Source: an uncultured bacterium (GTDB lineage Bacteria; Actinomycetota; Acidimicrobiia; Spongiisociales; UBA5794). From it: DNA of 64,000 nucleotides. The notes under the pieces are model-generated. The model was given only the letters and a program-made list of their open reading frames with translations, was not told the DNA's origin and did not search any database. Position numbers and translations under genes: made by a program. This document shows positions 48,118-58,416 of this stretch, piece by piece. The stretch is taken from assembly GCA_963844835.1 (NCBI GenBank), contig CAWJPT010000003.1, forward strand, positions 17,543 to 81,542, written 5' to 3'. Positions within the stretch are counted from its first letter, which is position 1, and the number at the start of each line of letters is the position of its first letter.

Positions 48118-48795
48118 ATGGTCTTCGATTTCTTCAGAGGAGGCAGCCGTTCAACCATCGACGAGGTCGAGAAGACACTCGTCGAGATGATGCAGAACGC
48201 ACGCCAGAACTACGACGAGGCCATGGACGCCGTCTTTGGGGGCGGCAAGTCCAAGTCGACGAAGAAGGAGCTCAAAAAGACGGACCGCGAGATCAACCTC
48301 GCCCAGCAGAAGGTGCGCCGCGACCTGATGATGCATGCGTCTGTGAGCCCAACCGTCGACCTCGCCGAGACGCTTGCATACATGAGTGTCGTCAAGGACG
48401 TCGAGCGGGTCGGCGACTATGCGAAGAACCTATACGACCTGGCCAAGTTCGGGGCCGACTTCTCAGCCGCAGAGGACTACGAGTACCTCGCCAACTTCAG
48501 GAACTGCATCGGCGATCTCATGGACGACGCCATAGAGGTCTTCGAGACTCACGACGCCGATGCGGCCCGTGAGGTGATTGCCAAGGCCGACGAGTATTTC
48601 GCAGCGTTCGACGACAATGTCAAGGCGGCGTTCAAATCGGACGGCCCGGCATCTGATGCCGTCGCCAGGACCCTCTATTTTCGCTTTCTCAAGCGGATCA
48701 CCGCGCACGTGATGAACCTGCTCACCTCGCTGGTGGCACCGATCCATCGCCTCGACTACTACGACGAAGACCCGGACGACCGCGTCGACATCTGA
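48118..48795 (+). CDS. PhoU-domain protein (Na/Pi-cotransporter-associated)
   Basis: 225 aa from ATG 48118 within ORF 47545..48795. Two PhoU-like helical repeats (VKDVERVGDYAKN, FLKRITAHVMN). Confidence 0.75.
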   Translation: MVFDFFRGGSRSTIDEVEKTLVEMMQNARQNYDEAMDAVFGGGKSKSTKKELKKTDREINLAQQKVRRDLMMHASVSPTVDLAETLAYMSVVKDVERVGDYAKNLYDLAKFGADFSAAEDYEYLANFRNCIGDLMDDAIEVFETHDADAAREVIAKADEYFAAFDDNVKAAFKSDGPASDAVARTLYFRFLKRITAHVMNLLTSLVAPIHRLDYYDEDPDDRVDI

Positions 48796-48814
48796 ATGGC
48801 GCGAGAGCAGAAGC

Positions 48815-50476
48815 TCAGGCAGACTCGATCCCGGCGGCATCTTGCAGCCCGAGGTCGTTGATCGCCATCTGGCGCATCTTGAACTTCTGCACCTTGCCGG
48901 TGACCGTCATCGGGAACTCCGGGACGAACCGAATGTACCGGGGGATCTTGAAGTGGGCGATCTTGCCTTTGCAGAATTCCTTCAGCTCCTGCTCGGTGAG
49001 CGTCGACCCCTCTCGTAGCTCGACCCACGCCATGATCTCCTCCCCGAATTTGATGTCGGGGACCCCGATCACCTGAGCGTCGATGATGTCTGGATGTGTG
49101 TACAGGAACTCCTCGATCTCGCGCGGATACACGTTCTCGCCACCACGGATGATCATGTCCTTGATCCTCCCCACGATGTTGACGTATCCGTCTGCATCCA
49201 TCGTGGCCAGGTCACCTGTGTGCATCCACCCTTCCTCATCGATCGCTTCAGCGGTCCGCTCCGGATCGTCCCAATAACCGATCATCACCGAGTAGCCGCG
49301 GGTGCACAGCTCCCCTGACTCGCCGCGTGCGACGGTCGTGCCGCGCTCCGGATCGACGATCTTCACCTCGACGTGGGGATGAATCCGACCAACCGTGGAG
49401 ACCCGCCGCTCGAGATCGTCATCAGGCGCCGTCTGTGTCGAGACCGGAGAAGTCTCGGTCATGCCGTATGCGATGGTCACATCTGTCATGTTGAAGTCTG
49501 AGATGACCCGTTTCATCACCTCGACAGGGCATGGGGAGCCGGCCATGATCCCGGTGCGCAGCGTTGACAGGTCGTACTTGTCGACCTCCGGATGCGCGAG
49601 AGCGGCGATGAACATCGTCGGCACTCCGTACAGCGACGTGCATCCCTCGTCGCTGACGGTCTGGAGCACCGCATCGGCTTGGAATCTCGGCCCGGGAACA
49701 ACGATGGTGGCGCCGTGACTGGTGCAGGCGAGATTGCCGAGCACCATGCCGAAGCAATGGTAGAACGGAACCGGGATGCAGACGCGGTCCGCATTGGTGT
49801 AACGACACATCTCACCGGTGAAGAACCCGTTGTTGAGGATGTTGACGTGACTGAGGGTCGCACCTTTGGGAAAACCCGTTGTGCCCGACGTGTATTGAAT
49901 GTTGATCGGATCACCGGGGTCGAGCCCGGCCGCAATCTCATCGAGCCGCTCTCGAGGCACCGACTCCGCCCCGGCGAGTAGCTGCTCCCACTCATCGGAT
50001 TCCAGGAAGATCGTCCGCTCCAGGGAGGGCACAGCCGGAGCGACCTCGGCCACCATCTTTCGGTAGTCACTGGAGAGGAACTCGGGCGCCGATATCAAGT
50101 AGCGACACCCGGATTGGTTGAGCGCATACTCGAGCTCACTGGTGCGATATGCCGGGTTGATGTTGACGAGGATCGCCCCCATCCGCGCTGTCGCATATTG
50201 GACGAGCACCCATTCTGCGTTGTTGGGGCTCCATATGCCGATGCGATCGCCTTTCTCCAATCCGAGTGCGATCAGCCCCCTGGCAAGCCGGTCCACCTCG
50301 GCGACGAATCCGGCATAGGTGAGGCGCACTCCCTGGTAGGGGACCACGAGCGCTTCTGCATCCGGGTAGCGGGCCGCCGCGGCAAGCAGATTGGCTCCGA
50401 TGGTCTCATGGATAAGCGGAACATCTCTCGGGCCGGCTTCGTGAGCAAGAGCCATTGCCACTCCTTCTACCGGCAC
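48815..50476 (-). CDS. AMP-dependent acyl-CoA synthetase/ligase (FadD-like)
   Basis: 553-aa ORF. AMP-binding motif [14 protein letters not shown], then [28 protein letters not shown]. Confidence 0.85.
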   Translation of the reverse strand: MPVEGVAMALAHEAGPRDVPLIHETIGANLLAAAARYPDAEALVVPYQGVRLTYAGFVAEVDRLARGLIALGLEKGDRIGIWSPNNAEWVLVQYATARMGAILVNINPAYRTSELEYALNQSGCRYLISAPEFLSSDYRKMVAEVAPAVPSLERTIFLESDEWEQLLAGAESVPRERLDEIAAGLDPGDPINIQYTSGTTGFPKGATLSHVNILNNGFFTGEMCRYTNADRVCIPVPFYHCFGMVLGNLACTSHGATIVVPGPRFQADAVLQTVSDEGCTSLYGVPTMFIAALAHPEVDKYDLSTLRTGIMAGSPCPVEVMKRVISDFNMTDVTIAYGMTETSPVSTQTAPDDDLERRVSTVGRIHPHVEVKIVDPERGTTVARGESGELCTRGYSVMIGYWDDPERTAEAIDEEGWMHTGDLATMDADGYVNIVGRIKDMIIRGGENVYPREIEEFLYTHPDIIDAQVIGVPDIKFGEEIMAWVELREGSTLTEQELKEFCKGKIAHFKIPRYIRFVPEFPMTVTGKVQKFKMRQMAINDLGLQDAAGIESA

Positions 50477-50543
50477 GATCCGGTATCGACCATCGCTGCC
50501 TCAAAGCTACAAGACCTGATGCCGCTCTGCAGGAACCGGGGGG

Positions 50544-51398
50544 TCAACGCGTTGCGACGAAGAACACTCGCGGGAACGGGTACAGAGTCGATCCGTCGGG
50601 TTCCGGGGGATACGCCTCGGCGAGCGCAGCCGAATAGAGCTCGAGAAATCGCTTCCCTTCGGCGTCGCCCAATCCCTCGACGATGGGTCGCAGCGCCGAT
50701 CCTCTCACCCATTCCAGGACCGCGTTCTCGCCGTGAAGCTGCTGGTAGTAGGTCGTCCGCCACACATTGAGCTGAGTGGCGGTACTGCTCAGCAATCGGT
50801 GATAGTGATCGGGTGAGCCCACCGGCGGTCTGCCGATCCGCTCCCGCAGCTCATCCTGTCCTATCGGGCCAAGGCCTCCTCCTTCGGCCAGCACGGTCCT
50901 CATCAAGCGATGCGACGGCTCGTGCCAGCTCAACGGCATCTGGACCGCCAGCACCCCGCCGGGTCGCAACGAATCGAGCAGCCGGAGCAGGAGGTCATCG
51001 TGGTCTGGCACCCAGTGCAGCACCGCATTCGAATAGATGATGTCCGGCGGGGTCGGCGGGTCCCACCTGCGGACGTCGTCCTGCAGCCAGCGCACCCGTC
51101 CCGGATCGGCGCGTGCCTCGTCGAGCATCGCAGCTGAGGTATCGATGCCGATCACTTCAGCATGGGGCCAGCGACCCGCCATCAGGCGTGCGATCTGTCC
51201 CCTACCGGTCCCGATGTCGTATATGACCTTGGGGCTCCCATGATGGACCTGACCGAGCAGGTCGAGGGCGGGACGGAGGCGCAGGCCGCTAAACCGGGAG
51301 TAGACCTCCGGGTCCCAGCCGAAAGCCCAGCCTTCAGCGACCGTGGTGGATCTCGATGTCGTAGCTGCCGCAGGTACGGCAGCGGAGCTGGGGCCCAC
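50544..51398 (-). CDS. tam: Trans-aconitate 2-methyltransferase-like SAM-dependent methyltransferase
   Basis: WDPEVYSRFSGLRLRPALDLL, DIGTGRGQ, NAVLHWVPDH and LAVQMP align with E. coli Tam. The start is uncertain because there is no in-frame start just before WDP. The nearest is GTG 51398, which overlaps the upstream gene tail. Confidence 0.7.
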   Translation of the reverse strand: MGPSSAAVPAAATTSRSTTVAEGWAFGWDPEVYSRFSGLRLRPALDLLGQVHHGSPKVIYDIGTGRGQIARLMAGRWPHAEVIGIDTSAAMLDEARADPGRVRWLQDDVRRWDPPTPPDIIYSNAVLHWVPDHDDLLLRLLDSLRPGGVLAVQMPLSWHEPSHRLMRTVLAEGGGLGPIGQDELRERIGRPPVGSPDHYHRLLSSTATQLNVWRTTYYQQLHGENAVLEWVRGSALRPIVEGLGDAEGKRFLELYSAALAEAYPPEPDGSTLYPFPRVFFVATR

Positions 51399-52080
51399 CG
51401 GCCGGGGCGCGTGACGGAGCCGCAGGTGTCGGAGCCGCAGGTGCCGGAGGTTGCGCCAGCAAGGGGCTCTGCCGTTGTGGCGATGAGCCTGGCGGGTTCT
51501 GCTGTCCCGACGGGACACGGCTTCGAGCCGATACATCTGCACCGCACGAGACACAGACCTCGACCGAATAGTGCTGGGTTACTCCGCACCGCGGGCAGTC
51601 GATCCACTGTTTGGTGTTCTCCTCCACCGGGCCAAACGGATTGAGCGGTGCAGCCGCCCCCCTCTGCTCTTCCTCCGGTGACGGTGAATGCAGGAAGGCG
51701 GGCTCGAGCGGCTCGCTCGGCACCAGGCTCCTCGCATATGTTGTGTGCGGGTGAACATCGCCGATGGCGTCAATGTCGAACAAGCCGAAACCGCGGCTCT
51801 CGCCGAGCGACTTGGCCCCTTCGCTGAATCCGGTCACCGAGAACAGCAGCCGGCGCACCGGCTCGCCGTCTGTTGCCTTCAACATCGCCAGGATGGCCGA
51901 GGGACTCACCGCGATGCGATCAAACTTGATGCGGGTGACCAACCCGGGGCTGCGCAACTCGATGATCCCATCTGCGGGCTCTGTGATCTGCTCGGGTACC
52001 GCGCCCAGGAACGTCAGCCAGCGCTGTGCGACGTGATAAGCCTCGGCGAGACTGACTGTTGGTGTCCGATATCGATCCAT
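51334..52080 (-). CDS. Restriction-endonuclease-like (Mrr_cat-type) domain protein with Pro-rich linker and two CxxC zinc-ribbon motifs
   Basis: 248-aa ORF. The N-terminal ~110 aa resemble the PF04471-type fold (AYHVAQRWLTFLG...LVTRIKFDR...FSVTGFSEGA). CPRCG...CVSCG and CRTCGS lie in the C-terminal half. Confidence 0.5.
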   Translation of the reverse strand: MDRYRTPTVSLAEAYHVAQRWLTFLGAVPEQITEPADGIIELRSPGLVTRIKFDRIAVSPSAILAMLKATDGEPVRRLLFSVTGFSEGAKSLGESRGFGLFDIDAIGDVHPHTTYARSLVPSEPLEPAFLHSPSPEEEQRGAAAPLNPFGPVEENTKQWIDCPRCGVTQHYSVEVCVSCGADVSARSRVPSGQQNPPGSSPQRQSPLLAQPPAPAAPTPAAPSRAPAGGPQLRCRTCGSYDIEIHHGR

Positions 52081-52140
52081 TGATTTCCTCAGAGCCTTCT
52101 TTCAGGTTATCGGATGGTACAGGGGACGGGTAAAGGCCTG

Positions 52141-52345
52141 GTTCGATCCTGCGGATCGAACCACGTGCGGCGCTCCGCAGCGATCAGCACACCAACGAAC
52201 CCACTGCGGCCGACTCGACAGCGGGAGTTGTGCATTTGCACAACTCCAACGTGACCCGATCCGCAGCACTTCGGTGCCGACTCGACAGCGGGAGTTGTGC
52301 ATTTGCACAACTCCAACGTGACCCGATCCGCAGGATCGGGTCACG
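52141..52345. repeat. Composite repeat: perfect 58-bp direct duplication (52209-52266 and 52276-52333), each copy carrying a 22-bp palindrome, bracketed by two inverted GATCC-NNN-GGATC hairpins
   Basis: Each copy reads GCCGACTCGACAGCGGGAGTTGTGCATTTGCACAACTCCAACGTGACCCGATCCGCAG. The palindrome is GAGTTGTGCA-TT-TGCACAACTC. The left hairpin is GGTTCGATCC-TGC-GGATCGAACC (52140-62). The right hairpin is GTGACCCGATCC-GCA-GGATCGGGTCAC (52318-44). Confidence 0.85.
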
Positions 52346-52437
52346 CATTTACACCGCCTTTATGCCCGGTTCGGTAGACGTATCTGACGAGAACCAATAC
52401 CGCGCGCCCTACGGGGTGCGCCGCCGAGGAGGATCAA

Positions 52438-53605
52438 GTGTTCAGATTGTCACGTCGTGCCGCGCTTTTCGCCCTCGGGGTAGCGGCCATGCTCGCACTC
52501 CCGGTACTACCCGCCGGCGCTCAGGAGGCCACGAGCGGGGTCACCCTGTCGACGCCATACGCCGGGGTTGCCGTCGAGCCCGGTGAGACTGCGTCTTTCC
52601 CTCTCACCGTCACCGCCCCCGAGGGCGATCGGATCTCATTCTCGATCACCCAGGCTCCCGATGGATGGCCGGTCAGCATCACTGGAGGCGGCTTCGTGGT
52701 CGACGAGGTCATCGCCAGCTCGACAGATTCGCCGCGGCTCAATCTCGAAGCCAAGGTGCCTGACGATGCAGCTGCGGGCGACTACAAGATCACCGCCGTC
52801 GCAGATTCGTCGGCGGGGAGCTCGACGCTCGATCTCGATCTCCGCGTCTGCCGAGGCGGTCGGCGGCAGCATGACCCTGAGCACGAACTTCCCCGTGCTG
52901 AAGGGTGCCTCCGATGCCAAGTTCTCATTCGATCTCACCCTCGACAACCAGACGCCGAAAGATGCAGAGTTCTCACTCGGGGCGGAAGGCCCGGCCGGGT
53001 GGACCATCGACGTCAAACCTACCGGTGAGTCACAAGCGGCAACGCTCAACGTCGCGGCGGGTCAGTCGGGTCAGATGAAGGTCGACGTCACACCACGCTC
53101 CGACGCACCGGCAGGCGACTACCCGATCACGATCAGCGCAGTCAGCTCCGCCTCCACAGTGACAGCCGATCTCACCGTCGAGATCACCGGCAGCTATTCG
53201 GCAGCACTATCGACCCCCGACCAGCGGCTCAACGCCGACGTCGTCGCAGGGACCGACACAGAGGTGCCGCTGGTACTGGTGAACACGGGGACGGCACCGC
53301 TCGAGAATGTTCAGCTGACCGCCAATGCACCGTCGGGATGGGACGTCTCATTCGATCCTGCCGGTCTGGCCTTGGTCGCCCCCGGCGATACGGCCCAGGT
53401 CACCGCCATCATCACCCCGGCGCGAGACGCTGTGACAGGCGACTACATCGTCACCATCCAGTCATCGTCACCCGAGGTCCAGGCAAGTCTCGACCTCAGG
53501 ACAACGGTGAAGACCTCCATGCTGTGGGGCACCGTGAGTCTCGGCTTGATCGTTGTGGTCATCGCCGGCCTCGGTGTGGTCTTCCAGCGCTTCGGGCGCA
53601 GGTGA
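52438..53605 (+). CDS. Secreted NEW3-domain (COG1470-type) protein with C-terminal TM anchor; frame broken near 52850
   Basis: GTG 52438 sits behind GAGGAGGA. Signal peptide, then repeated Ig-like modules (PGETASFPLTVTAP, AAGDYKITAVA, APAGDYPITISA, VTGDYIVTIQS). The C-terminal helix LGLIVVVIAGLGVVF is in ORF 52568..53605. Confidence 0.65.
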
Positions 53606-53609
53606 CAAC

Positions 53610-54572
53610 GTGGCAAGCGACCACGTCATCACCGCACGGGCACTCACCAAGAAGTACGGGGAGCTGACCGCAGTCGACCACCTCGACCTCGAGATCGAGC
53701 GCGGCGAGGTATTCGGCCTCCTCGGCCCCAACGGTGCCGGCAAGACCACAACCATCCTGATGCTGCTCGGCCTGGCAGAACCGACCTCCGGCAAGGTCCG
53801 CGTCGCCGGCCTCGACCCGGTGCGACACCCGCTTGATGTCAAACGGGTAGTCGGGTACCTGCCCGACACGGTCGGGTTCTACGAGTCCATGACCGGCAGG
53901 GAGAACCTGCGGTACACGGCACGGCTCAACGGGCTGGCACGCGACGCCATCGAGCCGCGCCTAGCCGAGCTGCTCGAACTCGTCGGGCTGGAGCGTGCGG
54001 CGGACACCGCGGCCGGCACGTACTCGCGCGGCATGCTGCAGCGGCTCGGTCTTGCCGATGCGCTGGTGAAGGACCCCGAGATTCTCATCCTCGACGAGCC
54101 GACAATGGCCATCGACCCCGAAGGCGTCATGGAGATCCTGCAATTGATCCGTAGCCTCGCAAACGAGCGCGACGTCACCATCCTGCTCTCCAGCCATCTC
54201 CTCAACCAGGTCCAGGATGTCTGCGACCGAGTCGGCATCTTCGTCAGCGGCGAGCTCATCGCCTGCGGCCGTCCCGATGAGCTGGCAGGCAGTGAGGGCC
54301 CGGCAACCATCGAGATCGGTGCCGACGGCCCGGCCGACGAGGTGCGCTCGGCACTCGTTGGTGCACCTGGAGTCGGCAAGGTGATCGCACCGAACGGCAA
54401 TGGCCATCGCCTGTGGCAGGTGACGGCTCCGGTCTCCGACATTCCCTCGATCGTCCGCGCCCTCACCGGGAAAGGCATCGATCTCTGGCAAGTGCGCAGA
54501 CGCGACGCCGATCTCGCCGATATGTACCACCACTTCTTCGAACAGGAGACTGCGCATGTCGGTAGCAATTGA
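53610..54572 (+). CDS. ABC transporter ATP-binding protein (ABC-2/DrrA type)
   Basis: From GTG 53610: VASDHVITARALTKKYG, GPNGAGKTTT, YSRGMLQRLGLA, ILILDEPT. Confidence 0.8.
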   Translation: MASDHVITARALTKKYGELTAVDHLDLEIERGEVFGLLGPNGAGKTTTILMLLGLAEPTSGKVRVAGLDPVRHPLDVKRVVGYLPDTVGFYESMTGRENLRYTARLNGLARDAIEPRLAELLELVGLERAADTAAGTYSRGMLQRLGLADALVKDPEILILDEPTMAIDPEGVMEILQLIRSLANERDVTILLSSHLLNQVQDVCDRVGIFVSGELIACGRPDELAGSEGPATIEIGADGPADEVRSALVGAPGVGKVIAPNGNGHRLWQVTAPVSDIPSIVRALTGKGIDLWQVRRRDADLADMYHHFFEQETAHVGSN

Positions 54573-55547
54573 CCATCCCACCGCAGCGATCACCAGACAG
54601 CGGTCGCATGGCTGGAGGGTGGTGGCCCGCAAGGAGCTGTCCGACCATCTGCTCTCGGCGCGATTCATCGTGCTGCTGATCATCCTCTCGCTTGCGGCTG
54701 CGGGTGCCGTCTACTCGGCCGCTTCCGGGATCCGCGACGTGGCGCCGCAGGCTTCCGGCACTCCCTCGCTGTTCCTTCGTCTGTTCACCATCTCGGCCGA
54801 CCCGATGCCGTTCTCCTTCTTCGCCATGATCGGGTTCCTGGCGCCGATCTCGGCATCGCTTTCGGGTTCGACGCCATCAACGGGGAACGGGCCCAGGGCA
54901 CACTCCCACGGCTGGTCGCTCAACCGATCCATCGTGACGATGTGATCAACGGCAAGTTCGTCGGCGGGCTCCTGGTCATCGGGGTGATGTTGACGACCCT
55001 GGTGCTGATCGTTTCCGGCATCGGAATGTTCCGGCTCGGCATCGTGCCCACCTTCAGCGAAGCGATCAGGCTCGTCATCTGGCTTGCGGTGGCAATCCTC
55101 TACGTCGGCTTCTGGCTCGGTTTCGCCATGCTCTGCTCGGTAGCGATGCGACGGGCTTCGTCGTCGGCGATGGTGGCTATCGCCACCTGGCTCGTGCTCG
55201 CCCTGTTCGCCGCCCTGCTGGTGCACCTTCTCGCCAACGTCATCGCCCCCGCCCCTGCCGACGCTACCGGCCCCGAGTTGCTCCACAACGCCCAGGTGGA
55301 GCAGAACCTGTCGCGCCTGTCGCCGATCACTCTTTACGACGACGCCACCAGTGCGCTGCTCGATCCCGAGATCAGGGCAGTCGGCGTAGTCACCGTCCAG
55401 CAACTCGACCGTGCGATCATCACGGACCTGTCGCTGGAGCAGAGCCTGCTGCTGGTCTGGCCGCAGATCGTCGGGCTGGTCGCCCTAACCGTCGCCAGCT
55501 TCGCCGTGGCCTATGTGCTGTTCATGAAGCAGGAGATCCGGGCGTAG
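54556..55547 (+). CDS. ABC-2 type transporter permease; frame broken near 54850
   Basis: The N-terminal part is in ORF 54556..54945. It continues in ORF 54942..55547, which is hydrophobic with 5-6 TM. Between the two fragments, a third frame reads LGIAFGFDAINGERAQGTLPRLVAQPIHRDDVING. Confidence 0.6.
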
Positions 55548-55604
55548 TCATCGTGCCAGCGGGAGACACCAGATCGCCAGGAGCGCCTCCGGGGGCGCGC
55601 TAAC

Positions 55605-56307
55605 TTGAGCGGTGTGCGCTTGTTGGTCGTCGAGGATGAGACAGACCTGGCCGACGCTATCGCCAGGGGTTTGCGGCGCGAGCACTATGCGGTCGATGTC
55701 GCCTATGCGGGTGCCGCTGCCGTCGATCGGCTGACGGCAAATGACTACGACCTGGTCTGCCTCGACTGGAACCTGCCCGATGTCGACGGACGGTCGATCT
55801 GCGGGATGATCCGTCGCGGAGAGGTGGCCGCTTCTGGAGAGCGGAGACCCCGGGTGTTGATGCTGACCGCCCGCGACGCTATCACCGACCGTATCTCCGG
55901 GCTCGACGCCGGTGCAGACGACTATCTCGTGAAACCCTTCGCATTCGGCGAATTGGCGGCAAGGGTCAGAGCGCTGCTGCGCCGCGACTCCGGCATCTGA
56001 TGATGTCGTGCTCCAGGTAGGAGCGCTCAGTCTCGACGACACCAGGCACCTGGCGAGTTTCGCTGAGGAAGACCTCGACCTCTCACCCAAGGAATATGCG
56101 CTGCTTCGCTTCTTCATGAAGCATCAGGGCGAAGTGTTGTCACAGGAGAGGCTTCTCGAGCATGTCTGGGACGAGCATGCCGATCCCTTCACGAACACAG
56201 TCCGGGTCACCATCGCAAACCTCCGTCGCAAGCTGTCCGCCGCCGGGGCCACCGATATGGTCGAGACGGTGACCGGGGTCGGGTATCGCCTGCGGGAGGT
56301 CTTGTGA
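55605..56307 (+). CDS. OmpR/PhoB-family response regulator; frame broken near 55995
   Basis: Receiver domain (LLVVEDE, DLVCLDWNLPDVDG, LMLTARD, DDYLVKPF) is in ORF 55605..56000. Winged-helix domain (LSPKEYALLRFFM, VRVTIANLRRKL, GYRL) is in ORF 56008..56307. Confidence 0.75.
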
Positions 56308-57518
56308 GCCGTTTCCAGCGTCCCGAATGGATGCAATCGATCCGGTTCCGTCTCTCTTTGCTCTACTCGGGTCTGTTGTTCGGGGCCAGCGCTCTCGTAG
56401 TCGGCGCTATCTACTTCGGTTTGAAGATTGCACTGGAACGCCAGCCCGTATTCAACCAGCTGATGGTCTCGCCCACTTACACGATAAGAAACGGCCAGAT
56501 CGTCACCCTCGCCCAGTTGCAGCTCACCGAAGTGGAGAGCCTGGAGCGGCTGGTGAACGAGAAGACGCTGGCGCGGCTGTCTGCGTACTCGTTCGTCGCG
56601 TTGGCGGTCCTGTTCTGCCTCAGCCTGCTGATCGGTTGGTTCGTCGCAGGGAGGACCTTGCGGCCGATTCACCGGATCACGGATGTCGCCAGAGACATCC
56701 AGGCGACAGATCTCTCTCGGCGCATCGGCCTCGAAGGGCCTCCCGACGAGCTACGGCAGCTCGCAAACACGTTCGATGAGATGCTCAACCGGCTCGATCA
56801 GGGCTTCGAGCGTCAACGTGAGTTCATCACCGATGTCTCACACGATCTGCGCAACCCGCTTGCAGTGATCCAGACCAATGTCGAGCTCGCGCTGCGAGAT
56901 CCCGATACGACCCGTTCTGATTGGCACCACACGGGCGAGATCATCGAGCGTACTGCGGAACGCATGTCGGGCCTCGTCGATGATCTCTTGTCGACTGCAC
57001 GGCAACGCCAGCGGAAGGTGGCCAGAGAGACGGTTGATCTCGACGGGCTCGTAACCGAAGTGGTCGCCGATATGGCGGCAGGGGCAAAGGCAGCATCCGT
57101 TTCGGTCGAGGCGGTCTCAGGTGACCCGGTTGCGGTGATCGGAGAGCGCGGTGCGTTGCGGAGGGCGCTGATGAATCTGTTCGACAATGCGATACGAGTC
57201 TCTCCTCGAGATGCCACGATACGAGTCGGCTCGGGTCGCAGGAACCGCTGGGGCTGGCTGGCCGTCTCCGACGAGGGACCCGGCATCGAGCCCGAGGTAG
57301 CCGAGCGCATGTTCGAGAGATACCAACGAGGCGAAGAGCCCGACGGCAACGACGCCCATCTCGGGCTCGGACTGGCCATCGTCCGGGACGTCGCCACGGC
57401 CCACGGCGGCGAGGTACGAGTTGTCGGCAGAGAGCGAGGTGGGACCACATTCACGATCTGGCTGCCGCTCGACCTGGGCGATGCGTCCCCTCCACCGGCC
57501 GGCCTGGAAGAGATCTAG
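56304..57518 (+). CDS. Sensor histidine kinase (2 TM, HAMP, HisKA, HATPase_c)
   Basis: 404-aa ORF. H-box FITDVSHDLRNPL, N-box LMNLFDNAIR, G-boxes DEGPGI and GLGLAI. GTGA overlap with the regulator stop. Confidence 0.8.
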   Translation: MSRFQRPEWMQSIRFRLSLLYSGLLFGASALVVGAIYFGLKIALERQPVFNQLMVSPTYTIRNGQIVTLAQLQLTEVESLERLVNEKTLARLSAYSFVALAVLFCLSLLIGWFVAGRTLRPIHRITDVARDIQATDLSRRIGLEGPPDELRQLANTFDEMLNRLDQGFERQREFITDVSHDLRNPLAVIQTNVELALRDPDTTRSDWHHTGEIIERTAERMSGLVDDLLSTARQRQRKVARETVDLDGLVTEVVADMAAGAKAASVSVEAVSGDPVAVIGERGALRRALMNLFDNAIRVSPRDATIRVGSGRRNRWGWLAVSDEGPGIEPEVAERMFERYQRGEEPDGNDAHLGLGLAIVRDVATAHGGEVRVVGRERGGTTFTIWLPLDLGDASPPPAGLEEI

Positions 57519-58360
57519 ACGGGAGGGCCTGTAAGCACGTCCTCGTACCAATCACCCGGTTCGATCCCCGTGCCCGGGATCCAGCCGTCGCGCCACCAGG
57601 TAGCACCCGCGCCCTCCAGCTCGCGGTGCCACTCCGCCAGCTTCTCACCGGGATGGTGGGTGCCGGATATCGCCACGTCGAACGGCTGCGAGGACGTTCG
57701 ATTCTCCACGGCATATTCGGTTATCGCACCGACGGCTGCTGTCGTCATGGGTGGAAAATCGCCAGTTTCGGGGTCGTAGAGGATCGGAGCGATACCGTCC
57801 CATCGTGCCGCTCGGCGCACGGGACGGCGGTTCGGCCACATGGTCGCTACCCAGATCGGGATCCGGGGACGTTGCACCGGGCGGGGGAGAAACGTCACCT
57901 CCTCCAGTTGGTAGTGCCGTCCGGAGTAGCCAAACGGCTCGCCAGACCACAAGCCGGTGAGAATGGCCAGGCCTTCGTCGAGCATGTCTGCACGCTTGCG
58001 CAGGTCTGTCTCACCTCCGAATCGCGTGAACTCGGGGTCGGTCGGCCAGCCGATGCCGACTCCCAGTGTCACGCGACCTTCGCTGAGCAGGTCGAGGGTC
58101 ACACACTCGCGCGCCAGCTTCCACGGATGACGACGTGGTAGTGGAGTGACCATTGTCATCAACCGGATCCGATCGGTGACCATCGCGGCCGCGGCGAGGA
58201 GCACCCACGGATCGGCGACTTCGGCTCCATCCCACACAAGGATGTGATCCCATACAGATATCCCATCCCAGCCGGCGTCTTCGATGTCGCGGGCGAATTC
58301 AGCGAATCGTCTGGGGTCTGCCCAGGTTCCGAAGTTGGGGACATCAACGCAGTAGCGCAT
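57515..58360 (-). CDS. LLM-class (luciferase-like) flavin/F420-dependent oxidoreductase
   Basis: 281-aa ORF. FARDIEDAGWDGISVWDHIL, RVTLGVGIGW. Confidence 0.75.
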   Translation of the reverse strand: MRYCVDVPNFGTWADPRRFAEFARDIEDAGWDGISVWDHILVWDGAEVADPWVLLAAAAMVTDRIRLMTMVTPLPRRHPWKLARECVTLDLLSEGRVTLGVGIGWPTDPEFTRFGGETDLRKRADMLDEGLAILTGLWSGEPFGYSGRHYQLEEVTFLPRPVQRPRIPIWVATMWPNRRPVRRAARWDGIAPILYDPETGDFPPMTTAAVGAITEYAVENRTSSQPFDVAISGTHHPGEKLAEWHRELEGAGATWWRDGWIPGTGIEPGDWYEDVLTGPPV

Positions 58361-58416
58361 CGCTCCATCCGATCGACTTCCGCATTATCGCCGACGCGCT
58401 GTGGTGGCGCCTAGCG

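Noticed and set aside
51400-51460. Short tandem repeat GGAGCCGCAGGTG x2-3 as a regulatory repeat
   Set aside because: It lies inside the REase-like gene, where it encodes the PAPAAPTPAAP linker. It is a low-complexity coding repeat.
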